IMG/VR virus record: IMGVR_UViG_3300014968_000012
Coordinates: 1-64,000 of that record
Reading direction: 5' to 3' (one strand)
From: a virus
Lineage: Duplodnaviria; Caudoviricetes
DNA: 64,000 nt
The position numbers and the translations under genes were made by a program. The notes beneath the pieces were generated by a model. The model worked only from the letters and a program-made list of their open reading frames with translations. It had not been told where the DNA came from and ran no database searches. Positions 16,050 to 24,276 of this stretch are shown piece by piece (positions within the stretch are counted from its first letter, which is position 1; each line of letters starts with the position of its first letter).

Positions 16050-17638
16050 GCCGGCGCGCTGATCCCAAGCTGGAGCGTGCTCGGGACCTGATCGCCATGC
16101 GTAGCCCGGTGGCCCTGGCCACACGGTTTGACCGGACCTACGGCCGCCGGGCTCACGCCGACCTCATCTCGGGCGCGGTCATGAAGTGCGCGTCCGGCGA
16201 GGAAAACAGGATCCTGATTACGCTCCCGCCGCAGTCCGGGAAGAGCACGACGGCCGCCGTCTGGGGCTCGTTCTGGTGGCTGATCCACAACCCCACACAC
16301 CGGATCATGGTGGCCTCGTACGCCGCGTCCCTGGCGATCGACCGGGGGAAGGCCGTGCGGGAGCTCGTGCGCGAGCACGGCCACCGGTTCGGGCTCAAGC
16401 TACGCGCGGGCTCGGCGGCCGCAGAGAACTGGTACCTGACCACCGGCGGCGGCATGCGCTGTTTCGGCGTGGACGGCGGCGCTACCGGCTTCGGCGCGAA
16501 CGTCGTCATCGGGGACGACTTGATCAAGGGCCGCAAGGATGCCGAGTCCGTTCGCGTCCGTGAGGACGTGGACAAGTTCTGGTCCTCTTCCCTGGTCACG
16601 CGCCTTGCGCCGCGCGCCCCCATGATCCTGATCATGACCCTGTGGCACCCGGACGATATCGGCGGCCGCGTGGTCAAGCGGGAAGGCGACCGGGCGACCG
16701 GCGGCCGGTGGCACGTGCTGAAGATGCCGGCGTTTGCCACCAGCGAACAAGACCCGCTGGGCCGCGCCGTCGGGGAGCCGCTGCCCCATCCCCTGATTCC
16801 CGACGGCGACACCGAAGCCCTGGCCGAGCACTGGAACGGGGCGCGCTCCACCGTGTCCGCACAGGACTGGGGCGCCATGTACCAGTGCGACCCCAAGCCG
16901 CGGGAAGGCGCGCTGATCACCGCCGAAGTCCTGGCCGAGCGGCGCGTCCTGACGAACCGGCCGCGACCGGTCGCCGTCGCCGTGGCGGTGGACCCGTCCG
17001 GCGGCGGCAAGGACACCGCCGGCATCATCGGCGGCTACCTGGCAGAGGACGGCCGCGTGGTCATCACCGACGACGAGACGGCCGTGATGAGCGTGGAGAA
17101 GTGGCCGCGCGTCGCCTGCGAGCTCGCCGCCCGCACGAACGCCCACCGGTTCGTCGTGGAAACCGACTTCGGCGCACGTATGGGTCTGGCCCTGATCCGG
17201 ACCGCGTGGGACTCCCTGGCCCGAGAGTGGGAGGAAGAGCACCAAGTGGAGGGGCGCCCGGTCGGCAAGGTCGGGTCCTGGACGCCGGGCAACCCCTACT
17301 CGCGGCCGTGCCCGCGCCTGGCGAAGAGACGCGCCCGTGAGATGGGGCCCAAGCTCGTGCGCGCCGAGCCGGTGGCCCAACAGATCATTGAGGGGCGCGT
17401 GGTCCTGGGCTCGTACATGCCGGAGTTCGAAGACGAGTGGGCCAGCGTCCAGGCCGGCCGGGAGTCGCCCGGGCGCGTGGACGCGTCCGTGTGGCTCGTG
17501 TACGACCTGATGTTGCCCCCGGCGACCGGGCCCGGCGCCACGCCGCCGCCGGCGAACGTGGACCGCCGCGAGGTTCAGCGGAACCCGACGGACACCACGT
17601 CCATCCACGGGCGCCGGATCATCCGGCCCGGGCAGTAG
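16046..17638 (+). CDS. terL: Terminase large subunit
   Basis: PPQSGKS Walker A, IGDDLIKG Walker B, TLWH.DD coupling motif, YQ..P, AVDPS nuclease motif, RVDA. Confidence 0.93.
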   Translation: MSRRADPKLERARDLIAMRSPVALATRFDRTYGRRAHADLISGAVMKCASGEENRILITLPPQSGKSTTAAVWGSFWWLIHNPTHRIMVASYAASLAIDRGKAVRELVREHGHRFGLKLRAGSAAAENWYLTTGGGMRCFGVDGGATGFGANVVIGDDLIKGRKDAESVRVREDVDKFWSSSLVTRLAPRAPMILIMTLWHPDDIGGRVVKREGDRATGGRWHVLKMPAFATSEQDPLGRAVGEPLPHPLIPDGDTEALAEHWNGARSTVSAQDWGAMYQCDPKPREGALITAEVLAERRVLTNRPRPVAVAVAVDPSGGGKDTAGIIGGYLAEDGRVVITDDETAVMSVEKWPRVACELAARTNAHRFVVETDFGARMGLALIRTAWDSLAREWEEEHQVEGRPVGKVGSWTPGNPYSRPCPRLAKRRAREMGPKLVRAEPVAQQIIEGRVVLGSYMPEFEDEWASVQAGRESPGRVDASVWLVYDLMLPPATGPGATPPPANVDRREVQRNPTDTTSIHGRRIIRPGQ

Positions 17639-17646
17639 CGGGAAAC

Positions 17647-17687
17647 CGAACGGCCGCCGGGGCGTCGTGCGCCCTGGCGGCCGTTCG
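17647..17687. terminator. Intrinsic terminator hairpin after terL
   Basis: CGAACGGCCGCCGGGGCG / CGCCCTGGCGGCCGTTCG inverted repeat between convergent genes. Confidence 0.7.
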
Positions 17688-17771
17688 TGTGCACATGCGT
17701 TTCCTGACAGCCCTCCCGCCCCGCTGAGAACAGGAGACCTCCAGGGTAGCCGACCGGTCACGCCCGGCCGC

Positions 17772-17855
17772 TCAGGACCACGACGGGCCGACCGGCGCGA
17801 CGAGCCCGAACGCCACCGCCGCGGCGGCGAACAGGAACCGGATCAGGCGCCTCAT
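17772..17855 (-). CDS. 27-aa hydrophobic peptide (MRRLIRFLFAAAAVAFGLVAPVGPSWS)
   Basis: ATGA overlap with the stop of 17852..18058. Signal-peptide or TM-like sequence. Confidence 0.4.
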   Translation of the reverse strand: MRRLIRFLFAAAAVAFGLVAPVGPSWS

Positions 17856-18058
17856 CGCCCGGCCACCCGTTGCATGATCATGTCTCCGATGTCCCACAAC
17901 CCCATGCCCGGCTTACGGTCGCCCGGGGCCACGCGCGCGCGCCGGGCCGCGCGTGATCTGTTGACCATCAGGGCTGAGGTGTGCGGCGGGCCGGCCGTCG
18001 TCTCCTGAGTCCGTTCCGGCCGCGGCGTGGTCTTGCGCTTCCTGGTCGCTCGTCCCAT
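17852..18058 (-). CDS. Small basic protein (MGRATRKRK...)
   Basis: TACCGT-N7-ATG leaderless start. Confidence 0.45.
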   Translation of the reverse strand: MGRATRKRKTTPRPERTQETTAGPPHTSALMVNRSRAARRARVAPGDRKPGMGLWDIGDMIMQRVAGR

Positions 18059-18228
18059 GGCCATCACGGTACGGCGCGCCTCACCGGATCCGGTGAAGCG
18101 GCGCGCGCCGCCCCGCGTCGCCCGACGCCGGCGTGTGACCGTCGCCGATAGCATCCGTGGTGAAGACCCACCCTGGATTGCCCCGGCCGGCGCTCATCTC
18201 GGCGCCGGCCTTTCCACGTCTGCGGGGT

Positions 18229-18615
18229 CTACATCTCTTCCATGAGGAACAGCGGCCGCTCAGGTCCCGGCTCGGCTTCGGGCCCGGGCTCGTCCGCCGG
18301 CTCGTCCTGGCCGTCCGGCTCCACGGGGGCGCCCGGGCGCCCCAGCCGCCACCAGCGCGGCCGCGCGGCGCGGAAGTCCTGCGCGGGCATCACCGCCAGC
18401 ATGTCCCCGACGTCGCTCAGGACGGCGGCCGCGGCGCCGGCGTTCTCAGCGCACCGCTTCAGCGCGGCGGCCGTCGCCTCGTCGGCGCCGCACCGGTCGC
18501 CCAGCCGCTCGGCGACGTCGCGCACGGTCACGAGGTCGTAGGCGGTGACCAGGACGGCGGCCCGTACCTGGTCCTTGGCGGGGTCGGACAGCGCCACCAC
18601 TCTGATCCGCCTCAC
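18229..18615 (-). CDS. Hypothetical protein
   Basis: Follows 18633..18893. Hairpin downstream at about 18183-18209. Confidence 0.5.
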   Translation of the reverse strand: MRRIRVVALSDPAKDQVRAAVLVTAYDLVTVRDVAERLGDRCGADEATAAALKRCAENAGAAAAVLSDVGDMLAVMPAQDFRAARPRWWRLGRPGAPVEPDGQDEPADEPGPEAEPGPERPLFLMEEM

Positions 18616-18632
18616 GGCGTGGTCCGGGCCGG

Positions 18633-18893
18633 TCAGCCGACGACGGGACGCAGGGCGCTGAACTCGCCCGGGCTCATGGCCTGGACGCCGGCCAGCGCCT
18701 CTTGCGCTTCGCCGGCGGCCATGGTGACCAGTTCGGCGGCCTGCTTCAGGTGCTTGGCGAGCTCGCTGTCACCGTCGAACTTCAGCCGGCTGATGTTGCC
18801 GGCGGCTTGGGACAGGGACGCTTTGAGCTGGAACAGCACGCCCTGAGCGGCGTCGTGTACGGCGCTGTCCATGTTCTCGTTCGCTCGGCTCAT
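18633..18893 (-). CDS. Helical hypothetical protein
   Basis: GAGGAAG RBS. Amphipathic helices. Confidence 0.6.
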   Translation of the reverse strand: MSRANENMDSAVHDAAQGVLFQLKASLSQAAGNISRLKFDGDSELAKHLKQAAELVTMAAGEAQEALAGVQAMSPGEFSALRPVVG

Positions 18894-19016
18894 CGTCGGC
18901 ACTTCCTCACAGTTTGTCGTTGTTCTGACTACGCGCTGTGAGGATACGTTGCGTCAAGGCCTGCGGCGCGGACCTCGGGCCGCAGGTCAGGGCTCTGCCG
19001 GTCGTACGCTGGGGCG

Positions 19017-19400
19017 ATGATGGACCCCGACGCGCTCCCGCTCTTCCTGCGTGGCCTGACCTACCCGGACGAACCGTGGCGGCTGGAACCGCCCGCGCCG
19101 CCGCCGCGTGAGTCGTTCGTCCTGGAGATCCCCGCCGGCATCCACCGGTCGTATGCCCGCGCGCTGGAGGCGGTCAGTCCCAACCGGGTGACGCTGCACT
19201 TCAACGACGGCGACGACGTCCGCTGCCTGGAGTGCGACGAGCCGGTTACCGCCGTGACGGTCACGACCCGCGTCCTGGAGCTCACCGGACACGGCGCGTG
19301 GTGGCACACGCCGGCCATGCTGCGACTCGCCGGCCGCGTGACGGACCCCTACCGGTTCGACCCCTGCGGCCACGAGGTGCGCCGCTTCACCACGAAGTAG
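19017..19400 (+). CDS. Hypothetical protein with CxxC...PCGH zinc-like motif
   Basis: TACGCT-N6-ATG. CLEC and PCGH motifs. Confidence 0.6.
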   Translation: MMDPDALPLFLRGLTYPDEPWRLEPPAPPPRESFVLEIPAGIHRSYARALEAVSPNRVTLHFNDGDDVRCLECDEPVTAVTVTTRVLELTGHGAWWHTPAMLRLAGRVTDPYRFDPCGHEVRRFTTK

Positions 19401-19439
19401 GGCCCGTCCAGGCCTGCGGCGGCCAGCGCGCGCCGCAGG

Positions 19440-19868
19440 TCAGGACCCGTACACCCGGGCCTGAACGTCGCACTTCGGCGACGACGAGGCGGTGGAGGTC
19501 TGGGCCCAGCCCTTGAACGTCGCGCCCGGGTCCAGGTGGATCCCCTGCGTGCCGAAGTCCGGCTGAGACGGGTCCGCCTTGTGGAGCTGGAGCACCGGCG
19601 CCCCGTTGATGGTCGGGAACACGGTCGCGTCGGCGGCCGCACTGCCCGTGTTCGTGACGGTGAAGTCCACCCGGTCCCCGTCGGCGGCGGACGCGCACGC
19701 GGTGACGGCGGCCGTGAGCGGACCGGCCGCACCGGTCGTGGCGGCCGGCGCCGAGCTCGGCGCGCCGGACGACGAGCGCGCCGCCGACGACGAGGTGGAC
19801 GACGAGCACGCGGCGGCCGCGGCGGCGACCAGAAGCGCGACGGCGACGGTAGAGCCCTGACGAGTCAT
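19440..19868 (-). CDS. Putative lipoprotein
   Basis: Signal peptide with lipobox AAAC, Ser/Ala/Pro linker, beta-rich domain with a Cys pair. TACGAT-N7-ATG. Confidence 0.75.
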   Translation of the reverse strand: MTRQGSTVAVALLVAAAAAACSSSTSSSAARSSSGAPSSAPAATTGAAGPLTAAVTACASAADGDRVDFTVTNTGSAAADATVFPTINGAPVLQLHKADPSQPDFGTQGIHLDPGATFKGWAQTSTASSSPKCDVQARVYGS

Positions 19869-19909
19869 AAGGCGGATCGTATGCCCGGCTCGGGGCGGCG
19901 CGTCGGTCA

Positions 19910-19932
19910 CCTGACAGGTTTGTCCTGTCACC
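19910..19932. repeat. Palindrome copy 2 (degenerate left arm)
   Basis: CCTGACAGG tttgt CCTGTCACC between divergent genes. Confidence 0.65.
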
Positions 19933-20042
19933 GGTGGTTCGCCGAACTGCCCGCCACGGCCAGTGCGCGATAACTGTACTTTCCTGTAGATCGCCCCGAT
20001 TCAAACGTCATACGTCGAACGTCACACCTTTACCGTGGCCGT

Positions 20043-20423
20043 GTGACTTGGTTGGGCCTGGCCCTGGTGATGGGCGCCACCGCACGGCTTACCCGCCTGG
20101 TGGCCAAGGACAAGATCGCGATCGGGATCCGGATCGCCGCGGCGAACCGGGACGCGCGCCAGCGTGCCGCCGCCCTCGTCGTGCGCCGCCGGCTCCCGGC
20201 GGTCCCGGGCGTGGACACGTCCGGCCCGTCGTCGCCGACGAGCCCCACGTACGAGTTCGTGACGTGCCCGTGGTGCGTGTCCGTCTGGATCGGCGCGGCG
20301 GTGTCCGCCCTGTACCTCATCGCCCCCCACGGCGCCGCCCAGACGTGGGTCCAGTGGCTCTATGCCGCGCTCACCGCGTCCCACGGGTCGGCCTACCTCG
20401 TCACCCGGGAGCCGACGTCATGA
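20043..20423 (+). CDS. DUF1360-like membrane protein (holin candidate)
   Basis: GATARLTRLV..D.I and VTCPWCVSVW motifs. Several TM segments. Confidence 0.75.
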   Translation: MTWLGLALVMGATARLTRLVAKDKIAIGIRIAAANRDARQRAAALVVRRRLPAVPGVDTSGPSSPTSPTYEFVTCPWCVSVWIGAAVSALYLIAPHGAAQTWVQWLYAALTASHGSAYLVTREPTS

Positions 20424-20568
20424 GGTGCGTCCTGCGCGTCGGCCGGCGCCCCCACCACGAGACGCCGGGCGCGGCGCCGCGGCGCGCACTCTGGCCCCTG
20501 GGCCGTTACCACGTGCGGCGCTGTGCCCGGTCCCTGACCGCCCACACCACCACTCGGGAGACAACGCC

Positions 20569-21438
20569 GTGAGGTCCCTGCTGTCCATCCACGAGTCCCT
20601 GATCCCGAGCTCGTCCCGCTACGTGATCGCGCTCGCGTCCGCCGCGGACCTCCAGGCCGTCGCGTGCCACGTGGTCAACTGGGCCGGCCCACACGCCGAC
20701 GAGGTGGAGACGGTCACCGGCCCCACGACCGTGAGCCTGGTCGTCAACTCCTCGTGGTGCTCGGGACAGGGGTCGCTGAAGTTCCAGGCTTCGGGCTCTG
20801 ACCTGTGCCCGATGACCGCGCCGGGGACGTTCACCGTCGCCGCCGGCGCCGTGGACGCCTGTACGGCCACCTCGCCGACGGTCGCCGTGACCGTGTCCGG
20901 GACGTCGGACCAGTTCTGGGCGCGCGGCCAGGCCACCGTCAGCCCGACGCCGGTCGCGTCGCAGAACCCGTCGGCCGGCTACCCGGTGACGTGGTCCGTG
21001 GAACCGCCGTTGCCCGAGGGACTGGTGATCGACCCGTCCACCGGCGTGATCTCCGGGACCCCGATGTACGGCCCGAGCCCGTCCACGCCCTACGTGCTGC
21101 GGGCCACGACCCGGTCCGGGAGCGGCTACGCCACCTTCAACGCCGGCGTCCAGGCCGCCCCGAACACGGTCACCGTCGCGACGGTCCCGGCGCAGGCCTG
21201 GACCCATGCCGTCGCGATCACGAACGTGACGCCGCACGCGACCGACAGCGACGGGACGTTGACCTCGTTCACCTGGTCCATCAGCCCGGCGCTTCCGTCG
21301 GGCGTGTCCCTGAACACGTCCACCGGCGTGATCTCCGGGACGCCAGCCGCCGCCGCGGCTCAGGCCCCCTACACCCTGACCGCCACCGACCGGACCGGCG
21401 CGCAGGGTTCGACCACCTTCAACGTCACCGTGAGCTGA
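20569..21438 (+). CDS. Putative virion protein with two He_PIG-type Ig domains
   Basis: W...P.LP.G...D/N.STGVISGTP occurs twice. GGGAG RBS. Confidence 0.75.
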   Translation: MRSLLSIHESLIPSSSRYVIALASAADLQAVACHVVNWAGPHADEVETVTGPTTVSLVVNSSWCSGQGSLKFQASGSDLCPMTAPGTFTVAAGAVDACTATSPTVAVTVSGTSDQFWARGQATVSPTPVASQNPSAGYPVTWSVEPPLPEGLVIDPSTGVISGTPMYGPSPSTPYVLRATTRSGSGYATFNAGVQAAPNTVTVATVPAQAWTHAVAITNVTPHATDSDGTLTSFTWSISPALPSGVSLNTSTGVISGTPAAAAAQAPYTLTATDRTGAQGSTTFNVTVS

Positions 21439-21452
21439 GAGGCGCCAGGCCC

Positions 21453-22526
21453 ATGATCCAGCCCGAGAATGAGGCCCGCCTCATCCTGGCCGACACCACC
21501 GACCTGAACAACGCCGCGTGCGTGCTCACGTGCTGGGCCGGCCCGGAGAACGCCGGCGCGATCCGTATCGAGAACGCCGGCGCGTCGATCGCGTTCGTGG
21601 TGGACCGCCGGTGGTGCACCGACGCCGGCCCGCTGAAGTTCACCGACGACGGCCCCGACCTGTGCCCGCTGTCCGGCGCTCAGGAGATCCCGGCCGGCGT
21701 CACGGTGTGCTCGGCGGCCACGTGCACCCACGGCCCGGCGTTCACCGTGGACGCCTCCACGAACCCGGTCAGCCTGACCGTCACCGGCCCGGCCGGCGGC
21801 GGCCCGTTCACCGTCTATTGGGGCACCGGGACCCTGACGCACCAGGACGTCACGCTCGGGGAGACGGTCAAGGCGCTCTATCTGGAGGCCGGCGTCTATC
21901 AGGTCCGCGTCCAGGACCAGCGGACCGGCGTGTACGGCAAGACGGCCACCGTCGTGATCGAGCGCGACCCGGAGACCACGACCTTGTCCTGTCCGCCGGA
22001 CCAGCACAGCACGGCCGGTCAGTCGGTGTCGGTGACCCTGTCGGCCCGCTCGCAGGACCCGAACGTCACGACGTACACGTGGACCGCCGACGGCCTCCCG
22101 GGCGGCGTGGACCTCCACACCGACGGCGGCAAGGTGGCGACCCTGTCCGGCGTGGTCGGTGTCGCGCAGGACGCCGCGCCGGTCAGCGTGACCGTCACCG
22201 ACCGGTTCGGCAACGCCACCTCGTGCGGGTTCATGTGGGCGGTGGACAGCGGCGTCACCGTCGCGCCGATCTCGGACCAGTCCTGGTCCTCCGGGGCGGC
22301 CATCACCGCCGTGACGCCGTCGGTGACCGACGCCAACCCGGACGACGGGACGGGCTACGCCTGGTCCGTCTCCCCCTCGCTCCCGTCGGGCGTGTCCCTG
22401 AACGCGGACACCGGCGTGATCTCCGGGACGCCGGAAGCGCCGATGACGACGACCACGTACACCCTGACCGCGATGGACGCCACCGGCCAGGCCGGGTCCA
22501 CCTCGTTCCGCGTCACGGTCGGCTGA
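21453..22526 (+). CDS. Putative virion protein with PKD/He_PIG Ig domains, paralog of 20569..21438
   Basis: Shared N-domain (C...WAGP, WC...G.LKF...G.DLCP) and near-identical last Ig repeat. Confidence 0.75.
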   Translation: MIQPENEARLILADTTDLNNAACVLTCWAGPENAGAIRIENAGASIAFVVDRRWCTDAGPLKFTDDGPDLCPLSGAQEIPAGVTVCSAATCTHGPAFTVDASTNPVSLTVTGPAGGGPFTVYWGTGTLTHQDVTLGETVKALYLEAGVYQVRVQDQRTGVYGKTATVVIERDPETTTLSCPPDQHSTAGQSVSVTLSARSQDPNVTTYTWTADGLPGGVDLHTDGGKVATLSGVVGVAQDAAPVSVTVTDRFGNATSCGFMWAVDSGVTVAPISDQSWSSGAAITAVTPSVTDANPDDGTGYAWSVSPSLPSGVSLNADTGVISGTPEAPMTTTTYTLTAMDATGQAGSTSFRVTVG

Positions 22527-22629
22527 GGGGCCGACGTCGTGACGCGGGCCATGCGCACCCCGACCCACCGGCCGCCGCTGCGGGCGGCCGGTGCTCGGCG
22601 TGTCCTGGCCCGGGTGGCGGTGGTCTGAC

Positions 22630-24276
22630 ATGGCCTGGTTCAGCCGCCGCCGGCCGAAGACGGCCGCCCCGTCCACGGCGACGATGACGGCACGGAAGGC
22701 CCCCGAGCCCGCGCGCATCCGCCGGAACGCCGGCGCGGACGGGCACTTCCGCGCGGCGAACCGGAAGTTCGCCCGGGACACGAACGGCCAGGCGCTCACC
22801 GCCGCCGCGCAAGTCGTCACCGGCAAGCAACTGCGGACGATCGTCGGGAAATGGTCATGGCAGAAATCGGCTTATGACTATTACGATTCCTGCGGGGAAC
22901 TGCATTTCGCGATCAACTATCTGGCGCTGGCCGGGTCGCGCGCGAAACTCTACGTCGGGGAGCCCGACGAGAACGGCGCCGCCGAGCCGACCCCGTCCGA
23001 CGATGAGGACGCTAAGTCTCTCCTGAGGGAGCTCGGGGACGACTTCACCGCGCATGCCGAGCTCATCCGGAAGATGTTCATTCACCTTCTGGTCGGCGGC
23101 GAGACTTTCGTGATCGGCTATGACGACCCCGCCAGGAACGGCGAGCGCCGTTGGACCGCCGTCTCACAGGACCAGTTGAAGATCAGCGGTGAAAAGATCT
23201 TCCTGCGTACGTCGCCGACGACTCAGATTGAGTTGCGCGACGACGATTCTCTGATCGTCCGTGTGCACTTCCAGGACGCGCGCTATGACTGGGCGCCGGA
23301 ATCGCACATCCGCGCGCTGTTGGGGGACCTGGCCAGGCTCCAAGCCCTGTCCTCCCACACTCTCGCCACCACGGACTCGCGTCTGGCCGGCGCCGGAATC
23401 CTGCTCATCGGCGATTCGGTGTCGCCGCCGCCGGGGAATCCCGGTGACGAGGTCCAGCATTCCGACCCGTTCGTGGACAACCTGATTAACTCCATGGTGG
23501 TCCCGATCAATGATCGGAATTCTGCGAGTGCAGTTGTGCCATTTGTCGTCCGCGTGCCGGACGAAGCCCTGGACAAGATCAAGCACATTACTTTTTCCAC
23601 GCCGTTTGATGAGCAGGTTCCCAAGCTCACTGATATGACGTTGAAAAAGATCGCCATCGGCTTGTCAATGCCGCCGGAAATTCTGCTGGGAATTGGTGAT
23701 ACAAATCATTGGTCCGCCTGGGCCATTGACGAGAATGTCGTGAAGCTCAGCATTGCGCCAGTGCTGGGCGTGATCTGCCAGGCGCTCACGTGCAACTACA
23801 TGCGGCCGGCGTACGAGGCGGACCAGAAAAAGCCGTGCAATGCGGTGATCTGGTTCGACACGACCGAGCTCACGCAGCGCCCGGACAAGAGCGAAGACGC
23901 GCTGACCCTGAACGCGCGCGGCCTCATCTCCGACGCGACCACGCGCCGCGCGTGCGGGTTCAGTGAGGACGACGCCCCGACCGACGCCGAGCGGCTGAAG
24001 AGCATCCTGTGGGACCTGGCCACGAACCCGGCCACCGCGGCGCTGATCCTGCCCACACTCGGCGTGAACCTGCCCGAGCTCGCAAGCGGCCGGCTCACCC
24101 GCACGCCGGCCGTCATCTCCGAGCCCGACGGCACGGCCGACGACAGCGGCGCCGAAGACGCCGAGCTCGCCGACCCGCCGCCCGTGGACAAGACGCGGTC
24201 CATCCCGGACCGGCCGTCCCGCAACACGCCGCCGGCCACGCCGGCACTCCCGGCCGGACGCGGGGGTGGCTCGTGA
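22630..24276 (+). CDS. Portal protein
   Basis: WQ..A..YYD..GEL.FA.....LAGSR.KLY, GILL, LA.GL.MPPE.LLG.G..NHWSAW motifs. Position between terminase and head genes. Confidence 0.85.
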   Translation: MAWFSRRRPKTAAPSTATMTARKAPEPARIRRNAGADGHFRAANRKFARDTNGQALTAAAQVVTGKQLRTIVGKWSWQKSAYDYYDSCGELHFAINYLALAGSRAKLYVGEPDENGAAEPTPSDDEDAKSLLRELGDDFTAHAELIRKMFIHLLVGGETFVIGYDDPARNGERRWTAVSQDQLKISGEKIFLRTSPTTQIELRDDDSLIVRVHFQDARYDWAPESHIRALLGDLARLQALSSHTLATTDSRLAGAGILLIGDSVSPPPGNPGDEVQHSDPFVDNLINSMVVPINDRNSASAVVPFVVRVPDEALDKIKHITFSTPFDEQVPKLTDMTLKKIAIGLSMPPEILLGIGDTNHWSAWAIDENVVKLSIAPVLGVICQALTCNYMRPAYEADQKKPCNAVIWFDTTELTQRPDKSEDALTLNARGLISDATTRRACGFSEDDAPTDAERLKSILWDLATNPATAALILPTLGVNLPELASGRLTRTPAVISEPDGTADDSGAEDAELADPPPVDKTRSIPDRPSRNTPPATPALPAGRGGGS

